The notes: generated from the letters alone by a model not told the origin. Numbered from the stretch's first letter, positions 31,101 to 40,084 are shown. The stretch: 64,000 nucleotides of DNA from Candidatus Latescibacterota bacterium (GCA_965217865.1 CBDCJO010000002.1:5280001-5344000), one strand, 5' to 3'. Numbers and translations are program-made.

Positions 31101-33311
31101 TTGCCGGGACGGATTCAAGCGAGTTTCAGTTCCAGGCCACGGCTTCTAGCGTGGGAACTGCCCAGACTTCGGCCGTGGGGCTGGCGGTCTTCGCGCCGAC
31201 CTCCGGGGGGAGCAAAGACGCACATATCGTGATCGTTCATAACGCTGTGGGGAGTCCGGACTCGGTTTTTTTGAGCGGAAGCGCCAACGTCCCATCCGCC
31301 CCACAGATCCTTGTGACGGGCTTGAACTTCGGTGACGTTGACCCGGGGAACACCAAGACCTTGACGCTTAACATCACAAATGTGGGTGCGTCCAGTGTGT
31401 CGATCGACTCGATCCGTTTTGATACGGATCTTTTCACGGTCTCTGCCACCGCCTTTGTCCTTGGGGTGGAATCCGGGAGGGAGCTTTCGATCACTTTCTC
31501 CCCCACGACTGCGGGGACGGTCAACGATTCTCTGAGGGTTTTCCACAACGGTTCCGGGGGATTGTTGACCGTCTTTTTGACGGGTCGGGGTGTAGTCCGT
31601 GGGATCTCTCTTTCGGTGGGGTCTCTAGATTTTGCCGACGTGGAGGACGACCTATTTCCTGCAGGTCAACTCGACGGACCGGTCGGGCAACGGCCCGACG
31701 TTCGGTCCGGCTCAGGGTCAGACCATCTCTTTCACCACGGAAGCCGCGCCGGATATGATCGCTCCTGCCCAGGTAGCGAATCTGATCGGTCGGGTAGGAA
31801 GCCGGACCATCTTTTTGAGATGGACTGCAGGCTCAGAACAGGATTTGGAAGGCTACAACCTCTACCGGGCTTCGGGGGAGGATCCGCTCGCGCTGATCGC
31901 CTCGAACCTGGCCGAAGCCAGGTTCATGAATGAAGGGTTGATCGATGAAGTGGTTTACCGATATTCTGTTACGGCATTCGACGGGTCGGGCAACGAAGGT
32001 GAAAGGTCAGCCGAGGTGCTACTCACGCCTTCCGAGGGGAACGCACCTTCGGCCCCGGTCTTCCGGACGATCCGTGGGGATGTCCTGATGCCCACGTTCG
32101 TGGTGGAAAATGCATCGGGTGCGGAGGGACGTGATCTGAGCTATACCTTCCATGTGTCTGTCAGAGAGGACTTTGCGGATGTGGTGGCCGCGGCCGCGGG
32201 GATTATGGAGGGGAACGAATCGGAGGAGGGGGGACTGACCGCCTGGACGATTCCTCGTGAGTTGACCGAGGGGGCGACCTACTTCCTTCGTGTTCGGGCC
32301 AACGACGGGTTCGACGGACCCTTCATGCCGGTGCATCGTTTCCTGGCGAGCGATGTTGCGTTGGCGCGTGAGTTGCGTCCCGGGGACTTCGACGGGAGCT
32401 TCAAGGTGGATTTCGAAGACTTCTTCCTGTTCGCGGCGGCGTTTGGCCAATCCGGAACCGGGGAGAACGCCGTATTCGACCTGAGCGTGGACAATAAGAT
32501 CGATTTCGAAGATTTCTTTGTATTCGCATCGGTGTTTGGGAAGCAGTACGATCCGCCCGGCGGAGCAACCAAGCTCCTGGCTTTCGTGCGGCCGCTTGAT
32601 CCCACCCTCCGGGTCCGTCTAACCGCGGTCGGGAATTTCCCATCCATTGGGGAGGAGTTCATTGCGAGCATAGCTCTGGAGGGTTTACCCGACTTGAGAG
32701 GCTACGGGATTCGGATCGAGTTCGATTCCGAACAACTCGAGCTGCTGCACGTCGAACAACAGGAGAATGGGCTGGCAAAGGTACTCAGAACCGATATCAA
32801 TGAAGCGGTGATCCTGAACTACGGAGCGGGACTTGTGAGCGAAGCGATGGAGTCGGAAGGGTCGGAGGGGGAGGGCTCGGAGGGTGAAACAAACCTGGCC
32901 GATCTCCGGTTCCGGGTGAAGGTCTCCACTCTGGAGCCGCACGCAGAGGTATTGGAGATGGTTTTGCTGGATTCAGAGGGAGAGATGCGGATACCCGGTG
33001 ACCTTTCGTCCGCAAGGTTGTCCCTGCTTCCGAATCAGGTCCTATTGAAGCACAACTATCCGAATCCGTTCAACCCGATCACCACGATCCGCTACGGGAT
33101 CCCGGACGATGCCCGGGTCTCGATCCTGGTCTACAACATCCTGGGTCAGCAGGTGGCGCAGCTTGTGAACGAACTCCAGCCCACAGGTTTCTACACAATC
33201 GCCTGGGACGGGCGGGACACGCAGGGGCGCACACTGGCATCAGGGGTTTATATTTATAGGATTCAGGTGGGGAAGATCGCGCGGGTGCAGAAGATGATGC
33301 TGTTGAAATGA
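25107..33311 (+). CDS. Giant (~2700 aa) secreted FG-GAP/VCBS adhesin-like protein, split by ~5 frameshifts/deletions (ORFs 25107, 25273, 25683, 26293, 31013, 31632)
   Basis: In order: signal peptide ...AAFA-Q; integrin-alpha FG-GAP repeats (GDLDNDGVEDLAVGA); CRTAC1-like DYDNDGDLDL repeats plus ASPIC/UnbV (GSGYLSQ...FG.G); IPT/TIG; further FG-GAP repeats; ASH-type Ig; FN3; DFDG..VDFEDFF EF-hand/dockerin pair; cohesin-like; NYPNPFNP...KMMLLK CTD. Confidence 0.8.
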
Positions 33312-33331
33312 GGAGAGCCGGCAAACGGCAA

Positions 33332-33409
33332 ACGGATATACGGAATTCGAATAAGGGTCAGACCTAACCCCCAAACCCCCTTCTCGAAACGGGAAGGGGG
33401 CTTTCGCCT
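33332..33409 (+). repeat. 78-bp direct repeat, right copy; contains a hairpin
   Basis: Matches 25004-25081 with about 7 mismatches. Contains CCCCCTTC-tcgaaacgg-GAAGGGGG. Confidence 0.85.
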
Positions 33410-33546
33410 TTAATTTAGTAAATGTCAATCACATGGTCTCCCCTCTCCTTTGAGGTCCAATTTGCACCTTTCAATTTCCATCATCCTCATTATATTTCCC
33501 ACCTCAGTGTCCTCCGTGGTTTCCAGGTTCGGATTGTGCAATATTC

Positions 33547-33639
33547 CCTGATCGCTATGAACGACTAAAAAAAATTCCGCGAACTACCATCTGAAATCGT
33601 CACAATAATTTCTGACCACGAGAAATGGCTGGAATCAGC
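33547..33639 (+). pseudogene. Abortive duplicate of the 5' end of the downstream pentapeptide gene
   Basis: cctgatcgctatgaacgactaaaaaaaattccgcg...aaatggctggaatcagc matches 33716-33808 but has a TAA at codon 4 and stops just before a REP-like palindrome at 33645. Confidence 0.75.
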
Positions 33640-33725
33640 TCCCTAAGGGCACGGTATGCCGTGCCCCTACATCAATGCCGCGCGGTTACCACCGCCTTTC
33701 CAGCCTTGGCTCTAACCTGATCGTT

Positions 33726-34505
33726 ATGAACGACGAAGAAGAATTCCGCGAGCTGCCATCTGAAATTGCCACGATAATTTCGGACCACGGGAAATGGCTG
33801 GAATCAGCGGGGAAAGAGGGGAAAAGAGCGGACCTGCGCGGAGCGGACCTGAGCCACTTAGATCTCAGGGATTTACCCATTCGAGGCGCTGACCTCAGCG
33901 AGGCGAATCTGGAAGGGACCCAGCTCGAAGGTTCGGACCTCAGAGAGGTCGACTTGCAACGGGCCAGCCTTCGAAAAGTCCGTTTGGACGGAGCTGATCT
34001 CCATAGCGCGAACCTGGATGGGGCGGCTTTGCAAGGGGCTTATCTCCGTGGTTCGAACCTGTGTGAAGCGGGCCTTTCACCGGCGGATCTCGAGTTGGCC
34101 GATCTCAGCGAGGCGAACCTCGAAAAGGCAAGGCTGCAGGAGGCGAACATCTTCAAGGCGAACCTTCGTGGCGCAAACCTGAGCGGGGCGAAGCTGGATA
34201 AGGCAAGGCTCCAGGAGGTCGAGCTCTGGGGGGCAAATCTTCGGGATGTCAGCATGAAACAGGCGGACCTGCGTGGGGCAGATCTCACAAAGGCCAATCT
34301 CCGGGGGGCCAACCTCAGGAAGGCCAAACTTCAGGGAGCCGATCTTGTTCAGGTGGATTTCGAAGGGGCCGATCTTCAGGGGGTCAAATTGCAGGATGTG
34401 GACCTGTATAAAGCCAACCTGCAGAATGCTGACCTGCGAGGGGCAGACCTTTCCGAGGCGACAGGCCTCACTCAGAAACAGCTGGCTTCCGCTCGACAAA
34501 AATGA
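33726..34505 (+). CDS. Pentapeptide-repeat protein
   Basis: DHGKWLESAGKEGKRADLRGADL cap and long A(D/N)L repeats. ATG 33726 is preferred. Confidence 0.92.
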   Translation: MNDEEEFRELPSEIATIISDHGKWLESAGKEGKRADLRGADLSHLDLRDLPIRGADLSEANLEGTQLEGSDLREVDLQRASLRKVRLDGADLHSANLDGAALQGAYLRGSNLCEAGLSPADLELADLSEANLEKARLQEANIFKANLRGANLSGAKLDKARLQEVELWGANLRDVSMKQADLRGADLTKANLRGANLRKAKLQGADLVQVDFEGADLQGVKLQDVDLYKANLQNADLRGADLSEATGLTQKQLASARQK

Positions 34506-34520
34506 GATGTTGTGTAAGAT

Positions 34521-35065
34521 TAGAGTCTTCCAGTACGACTTCTACGCAAGATGCGTAGATCTTTTTTGGTTGCGGCGAGTGAAACGAAGCCCGCGATAGG
34601 GGTCGGTGCGAGAAAGATCCTCAGATAGACGCATTACCTTAGAGATAAGGAAAGACAGGACAGATTGGAGAGCTCGGTTTTCAGGTGCTGCGATTTACTG
34701 ACGGTGATGTCAAGCAGATCTCGAAGGCGTGCTGCATGGGATCGGGATTGGATAGATGAGAGTGCGATATGACCCATCCCGCCCAGGCTTAAGTCACGCC
34801 GGGGTACCCCTCCCGGGAGGGGATTGGTGAAGTCCCCTCCTTGGAGGGGATTTAGGGGTGGGTAAGAGATAAGGAAAGACAGGATAGATTGGAGAGGCTG
34901 GGTTTTCGGGTGCTGCGATTTACTGACGGTGATGTCAAGCAGAATCTCGAAGGTGTACTGCATGGGATTCGGAATTGGATAGATGAGCATGGGATATGTT
35001 ACAGTATGACTTCTACGAAAGATGCGTACATCTGTTTGGTTGCGGCTGAGCGAAGCGGAGCCGCA
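34521..35065 (+). repeat. Tandem DUF559-like stub/palindrome units flanked by the (AGAGTC)TTACAGTATGACTTCTACG..GATGCG motif
   Basis: Two ~225-bp-period units encode DKERQDRLERLGFRVLRFTDGDVKQNLEGVL.GIRNWIDE. The flanking motif also occurs at 17226, 17563 and 56622. Confidence 0.72.
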
Positions 35066-35088
35066 ATAGGCTAACAAGGGGGAATATC

Positions 35089-36096
35089 GTGTCTGAAAAA
35101 ATCAGGCTCGCTTTTATCGGTTCGGGCGGCATTGTCCAGCACCATCTCGATCACGGTCTGAAGGACTTCGAGGATGTTGTTTTTGCCGGTTGGTGCGACC
35201 TCGACGAACAGACCGCCGCGGCTCGGAAGGAAGCTGTGGGGGGGCAGGGAGAGATCTATACGGATGCCGGCCGGATGCTTGACCAGGTCAAGCCCAATGC
35301 GGTCTATATCTCGCTACCGGTGTTCACCCACGGTCCCGCGGAACAACTCGTCATTGAGCGGAAGCTGCCTTTTTTCGTTGAAAAGCCTGTTGCCATAGAC
35401 CTGAGGACTGCCCGGATGGTCGCGGAAGGGGTCCACAAACACGGAATCCAGACAGCGGTGGGCTACATGAATCGCTATCGCTGGTCCGTCCAACGGGTCC
35501 GTGACCTGCTTCGAAATCGGAAGCCTGTCCTTTTGCACGGTGGTTGGATGAACGGAGGTCCGACTGCTTATGTGGGAATCGGAAAGTGGTGGGTTCAGAA
35601 GGATAAATCGGGGGGCCAATTTGTCGAACAGACGACACACACCACCGACCTCGTGCGATATCTGTTCGGGGAGGTCAAGTCCGTCTACGCTTCTGCGGTT
35701 CGAGATCGTCGGGAGCGGCCGGACTTTTATACGATCGAAGACGCATCGATGGTACAACTATCGTTTGAAAACGGGGCGGCCGCGGGCCTCTACAGCTCTT
35801 GCTGCACATCTGTCGGGGGTGGCGTCTCCCTGACGTTGTGGGCAACGGATATGAAAGCTGAATTCTCGGGTTGGGAAAATAACGTAAAGATCGACTTGCC
35901 CGGCGACGAAGAAATTACGATCCCGGGCGAGCCCAATATTTTTGCGATTGAAGATCGCGCCTTCATCGATTCCGTTAAAGCGGGCGAGAATCGGGGAATC
36001 CTCGCCACCTACGAAGATGGTTTGAAGGCCACCGCCATCGCCTGTGCTGCGAATGAATCGATGGAGACCGGAGAAGTTGTGAGTATCGAGGAATAA
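35089..36096 (+). CDS. Gfo/Idh/MocA family oxidoreductase
   Basis: IGSGGI Rossmann start, FVEKP, SGGQFVEQTTHTTD. Confidence 0.92.
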   Translation: MSEKIRLAFIGSGGIVQHHLDHGLKDFEDVVFAGWCDLDEQTAAARKEAVGGQGEIYTDAGRMLDQVKPNAVYISLPVFTHGPAEQLVIERKLPFFVEKPVAIDLRTARMVAEGVHKHGIQTAVGYMNRYRWSVQRVRDLLRNRKPVLLHGGWMNGGPTAYVGIGKWWVQKDKSGGQFVEQTTHTTDLVRYLFGEVKSVYASAVRDRRERPDFYTIEDASMVQLSFENGAAAGLYSSCCTSVGGGVSLTLWATDMKAEFSGWENNVKIDLPGDEEITIPGEPNIFAIEDRAFIDSVKAGENRGILATYEDGLKATAIACAANESMETGEVVSIEE

Positions 36097-36132
36097 GAAT
36101 CCGGTTAACACCCCGTTCAAGGTGAGAGATTG

Positions 36133-36912
36133 ATGGGCATAAAACAGTCGATTTGTTATCCCTTGTTCAAACCTGAGGACAAGAGTCTCGAATTTCTTCT
36201 CAAGACGGCGGCCGATATAGGTTACGCCGCCATTGAGCTGTGGAGACGCGGGAACGATTTTGAGGATGTCGTCGGGTTGGCCCGGAGGAACGGACTTGCG
36301 GTTGCCAGCATGTCGGGCCATGAATCTCTCCCGGATGGGTTGAACAAGAGATCCAATCACGATCGGATCGAGGAAGAGCTGATTATCTCGATCGATCTGG
36401 CGGCAGAACACGGAATCCCCGGCCTGATCTGTATGTGTGGAAACCGTCAGCCGTACCAGACCGAGGTCGAGGCCATTGAGGCCGTTGCGGACGGACTGAG
36501 ACGGGTGGCACCCTACGCAGAAAAGAAAGGCATCAACCTGAATCTTGAGCTTTTAAACTCGAAGGTGGATCATCCAGGATATCAGTGTGACCACACCGCC
36601 TGGGGCGTCGCGGTCTGCGAGCGGGTCGAGAGCCCTCGCGTGAAGCTGTTGTATGACATCTATCACATGCAGATCATGGAGGGAGATGTGATCCGAACGA
36701 TCCGGGAGAATATCCGGTGGATCGGTCACTTTCATACTGCCGGAAACCCTGGACGAAACGATATGGATGACTTGCAGGAGTTGAACTACCGGGGGATTTG
36801 TCAGGCCATTGTAGCCACGGATTATGACCTTTTTGTAGGGCACGAGTTCAGGCCGAAAGGGGATCGCATCGAATCGCTGAAGCAGACCTTTGTGACCTGC
36901 AATCAGGGATGA
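36133..36912 (+). CDS. Hydroxypyruvate isomerase-like TIM barrel (xylose-isomerase-like)
   Basis: ELLNSKVDHPGYQCD, KLLYDIYHMQIMEGD, HFHTAGNPGR and GHEF motifs. Confidence 0.9.
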   Translation: MGIKQSICYPLFKPEDKSLEFLLKTAADIGYAAIELWRRGNDFEDVVGLARRNGLAVASMSGHESLPDGLNKRSNHDRIEEELIISIDLAAEHGIPGLICMCGNRQPYQTEVEAIEAVADGLRRVAPYAEKKGINLNLELLNSKVDHPGYQCDHTAWGVAVCERVESPRVKLLYDIYHMQIMEGDVIRTIRENIRWIGHFHTAGNPGRNDMDDLQELNYRGICQAIVATDYDLFVGHEFRPKGDRIESLKQTFVTCNQG

Positions 36913-37164
36913 TCGAGGTGATGTAAGGGGAAATGCAAAGTGAAAAATGAAAAATGGAAATTGCAAAATTTACGACAGACCGGAGCTGAGCGCAACAATG
37001 ACCGCTATAGATTAGCAAATCATAAACCCTTAATCAATACATCCTGAGCCCTTCGACAAGCTCAGGATATACTCCGTTCCGCGTTTTTTGCGGAACGGAG
37101 TCGAAGGACGGGGAATGTCAGGGAGGAAAGTGCAGGAGGGCGAAGGTCGGAGGTTAGAGGCGAC

Positions 37165-37351
37165 GCATCAGCGGGCCAACGGTCCGCGATCCGGATCAAT
37201 CCCACACATACCGTAGATGAATCAGGATGCGGGACAGGAATTGGGGGATGGGAAATTATCGCGGCCCTTCAGGCCGCACGACGCTATTGCTTTCCAAGGG
37301 ACCCAGGGCGACTCGCCTGGGTTAAAGGACGACGCGCCGTTGGCGCTAAAA
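37165..37351. mobile_element. Non-autonomous IS200-like palindromic element, copy 3 (left end truncated)
   Basis: Minus strand 37249-37196 reads IPQFLSRILIHL-RYVWD*. Right end as in the other copies. Confidence 0.75.
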
Positions 37352-37439
37352 GAACGCCCTGTCTTTAGGCTCGGCTTTTCGATTTAGCTCCAAGGCCCCC
37401 GGGTGTCAACCGCGAAGACGGGGTCAACTATATTCCACT

Positions 37440-37465
37440 AAAAAAAAACCGAGGATACGCCTCGG
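37440..37465 (-). terminator. Intrinsic terminator (minus strand)
   Basis: CCGAGG-cgtat-CCTCGG followed by nine T on the minus strand. Confidence 0.85.
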
Positions 37466-37756
37466 AGGGGGATGAATCAAATATTATTTTACGGCCGCGA
37501 CTGTGGGGAGAGAATCCTCTACATCACAATCGCGACCGCTAAAAATTGTCCGGTGGCATAAACCTCCTATCACGGGGTTCATACGGAAAATGGTTCACGC
37601 CCGTGGTCCCTATGCACAAGCTTCGCGTCCACGCCCATCCACTTAATTTGGAATATTCAATTCCCGGTCAGATGAAGCGCTGACAATATATGGAGATGAT
37701 CCGAAGACGTTTTTGCTGAAGCGGACCATTTCGGACGCTTGTCGTAATCTTTCCCC
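37440..37756 (-). ncRNA. Candidate ~315-nt structured ncRNA of unknown family
   Basis: No ORF >=60 aa. Upstream TTGACT-17-TAACTT promoter, nested helices with G-U pairs that favour the minus strand, 5'/3' closing stem and U9 terminator. Confidence 0.55.
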
Positions 37757-37762
37757 GTTCAA

Positions 37763-37791
37763 AAGTTAATATATATCTGATGATAAGTCAA
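37763..37791 (-). promoter_or_regulatory. Putative sigma70 promoter for the candidate ncRNA
   Basis: Minus strand TTGACT (37791-37786), 17 nt, TAACTT (37768-37763). +1 would fall at the G of GGGGAAAG (37756). Confidence 0.5.
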
Positions 37792-37819
37792 GTTAATTGT
37801 CATTAGAAATAATAACGAA

Positions 37820-38884
37820 TCACGCCATTCGCATCCGAACCCCTACATCGTCCAGCAGGTCCAGGGCGCGTTGCCACATTCCAGCCTGATCTCCCGGTTC
37901 AGCTGCGTTTACGATTGCTTTTAGGGCCTCTTCCGAATACGTCACACCGTGGAAAGCACCATAACGCCTGCTTAGTTCCCGGAGGCCTTTCAGAACACCC
38001 TCCTGGTCCAGGGGAAGCATCGCAACGGACCGGAAATATTCGGTTATTCCGGGATCCGTCTTCACGCATGCCTCGATTTCCCCTTGAACGGCCCCGGCGA
38101 TTATCCGGACCCAACCCGCCTGGAGACCCGCCTGAAAGAAGGAACCGGTGGCTTTTCCCTCCAGGTCGATGAGATCGGCCAGACTTTGACAAAAGAGAAT
38201 GATATCCCCATCCTCCTTAACTTCCCGGATGGCCTGAAACAGCCTTTCCTCCAGTTGGCCTCGATACTTAGTTCCCATCACCATCCCCCCGGGGTCCAGT
38301 CTTAATATCCGTTTCCCGGCCAGGAAACCGAGGTTTTTTCCCCGGATCATTTCACAGGCCAATCCGGAAACGAATCGGATGATCTCCGCCCGGCTCGAGG
38401 CCGTCAAAACCACGCTGTTGTGAGCTCGTCGGGCGAGTGCGCTGGCAATCTCCTGGATTTCCCAGTCGTGTCCAGGTGCCGGATCGCGGACATCCTCCGC
38501 GGCCAGGAACGACATGTCCTCTAAGAAGTGGTCGAGGAATGGGGTTTTGCTCTTTTCCCGGTTGCTCGGTTCATCGCTTTTCCCCCTTTCCGGTGTCTTC
38601 CAGAGGGTATTGGCTTCTACAACAACCGTTTCGCTAATGGCCTCGGCCTGACCGCGATCTCGGGCTGCCAGCCCGATCAATTCCTGACCGATCTCCTCTG
38701 CAACCCCGGGGTCGAGGTACCGGCTCCATTCCAGGATCACCTTGTCGGCCGGAGGATTCCTTTTACCCCGTTCAATATCCGATAAATATGCTGGCGAGAT
38801 CCCACAGGCCTCTGCGAAAGTCCCCTGCAGGATTTTTCGGTCGGTCCTGTACTCTCGAAGCCTTTTTCCGAAGGCACTATTCAT
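37820..38884 (-). CDS. XRE-family HTH fused to a degenerate ClpA/B/C NBD1 (AAA+) domain
   Basis: FGKRLREYR...CGISPAYLSDIERGKRNPP HTH, then SKTPFLD.F..D...A.....DP..G...EI, KRILRLD...GTKYRGQLEERL, Y..FHGV.YS.EAL and ALDLLDD.G.R, collinear with ClpC NBD1. Confidence 0.85.
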   Translation of the reverse strand: MNSAFGKRLREYRTDRKILQGTFAEACGISPAYLSDIERGKRNPPADKVILEWSRYLDPGVAEEIGQELIGLAARDRGQAEAISETVVVEANTLWKTPERGKSDEPSNREKSKTPFLDHFLEDMSFLAAEDVRDPAPGHDWEIQEIASALARRAHNSVVLTASSRAEIIRFVSGLACEMIRGKNLGFLAGKRILRLDPGGMVMGTKYRGQLEERLFQAIREVKEDGDIILFCQSLADLIDLEGKATGSFFQAGLQAGWVRIIAGAVQGEIEACVKTDPGITEYFRSVAMLPLDQEGVLKGLRELSRRYGAFHGVTYSEEALKAIVNAAEPGDQAGMWQRALDLLDDVGVRMRMA

Positions 38885-38911
38885 ACAGGTTCTCCCATAG
38901 AAGGTGGAATA

Positions 38912-38954
38912 AATAATTAGCATATAAGCTAATTATTCTCAAGCTCAATGTCAA
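38912..38954 (-). promoter_or_regulatory. sigma70 promoter with an overlapping perfect palindromic operator
   Basis: Minus TTGACA (38954-38949)-17-TAGCTT. AATAATTAGC-atataa-GCTAATTATT (38912-38937) overlaps the -10 and +1. Confidence 0.75.
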
Positions 38955-39099
38955 GAATAAAATGTAAGCCCATTAATATAATTATCTTATGGAATCTATC
39001 AGTCGGGGGAAGGACGTAATGGGAGCGTTGGGTTGTTTTGAAATGCTGCAGGATTGAGGATCTACCTGGTTTTTGATGGAAAGCGAGGTGTGAAGCGAC

Positions 39100-39338
39100 G
39101 CATCAGCGGGCCAACGGCCCGTGATTCCTTGGCCCAGCCCAACGCTGGGTTTGAATGTGGACGATTCGAGGGGCCAAAGGTCCGCGACCCGGATCAATCC
39201 CACACATGCCGTTCATCGTAGGACAGGGATTGGGGGATGTGAAGTTATCGCGGCCTTTCAGGCCGCAGCACGGTACTGTATTTCACGACCCAGGGCGATG
39301 CCCTAGGTTGAGGAACCACGCGCCGTTGGCGTTGAAAG
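39100..39338. mobile_element. Non-autonomous IS200-like palindromic element, copy 4
   Basis: Full ends. Minus-strand centre reads IPQSLS-YDERHVWD*. Confidence 0.78.
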
Positions 39339-39361
39339 AAGTCCTTGACTTGGAGCGGCCT

Positions 39362-39571
39362 CTATCGTTCCGTCACCTTGAACCCTTCCTTTTCAAAGTC
39401 CTTCCGGTGTCCGGATTTTAGCGGAACGTCCATCGATATATAAACCATGTTCTGATCGAGCCGCTGTGTGAGGTTGTACCCTCCGAGGTTGAGCCTGAGG
39501 ATTCTCTCAACCCAGGGAAACTCGAGATTATCCGGAAGCGTGAGCGTATAACGATGTTGGAACTCTTCCAT
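39362..39571 (-). CDS. Small hypothetical protein (~69 aa)
   Basis: Protein-like sequence MEEFQHRYTLTLPDNLEFPWVERILRLNL... with AAGGT upstream. It lies between two repeat elements. Confidence 0.5.
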   Translation of the reverse strand: MEEFQHRYTLTLPDNLEFPWVERILRLNLGGYNLTQRLDQNMVYISMDVPLKSGHRKDFEKEGFKVTER

Positions 39572-39835
39572 AGTGAACCTTATGAAATCCACGCGCGCGT
39601 GAAATTCAATTTGCACCCGGCAGGTATAGAATATATTTTCCGGCTCTAGAAACTGCTCTCTGGATAAACTCCGCGGTTTTTGCCGCGCAGTCGAAGGAGG
39701 GCTTTATACGCTTGAGCATCCTTCGACTGCGTCCCCCAAACACCGGGGGACTCCGCTCTGGATATTTTGACTATTGGATTGTTTCGACAGTCGTACTGTA
39801 TTCTCATGTCCAGAACCATTGGTTTTGGAGGCGAT

Positions 39836-40084
39836 GTATCCGCGGGCCAACGGCCCGTGATTCCTTGGCCCAGCCCAACGGGCTGGGTTTGAATGTGGGC
39901 CCATCGATCGGGCCAACGGTCCGCGATCCGAATCAATCCCACACATACCGTAGATGAATCAGGATGCGGGAAAGGGATTGGGTGATGTGAAATTATCGCG
40001 GCCCTTCAGGCCGCACAACGCTGTTGTATTTCACCCAGGGCGGCTCGCCTGGTCTAAAGGACAACGCGCCGTTGGCGCTGAAAA
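39836..40084. mobile_element. Non-autonomous IS200-like palindromic element, copy 5 (plus a partial left arm at ~40109-40141)
   Basis: Minus-strand centre reads ITQSLSRILIHL-RYVWD*. Confidence 0.78.

Noticed and set aside
37440-37756. tmRNA or RNase P identity for the candidate ncRNA
   Set aside because: No tRNA-like 3' end (TTCRA...CCA) or Ala-ending tag ORF, and no GAGGAAAGUCC P4 motif.
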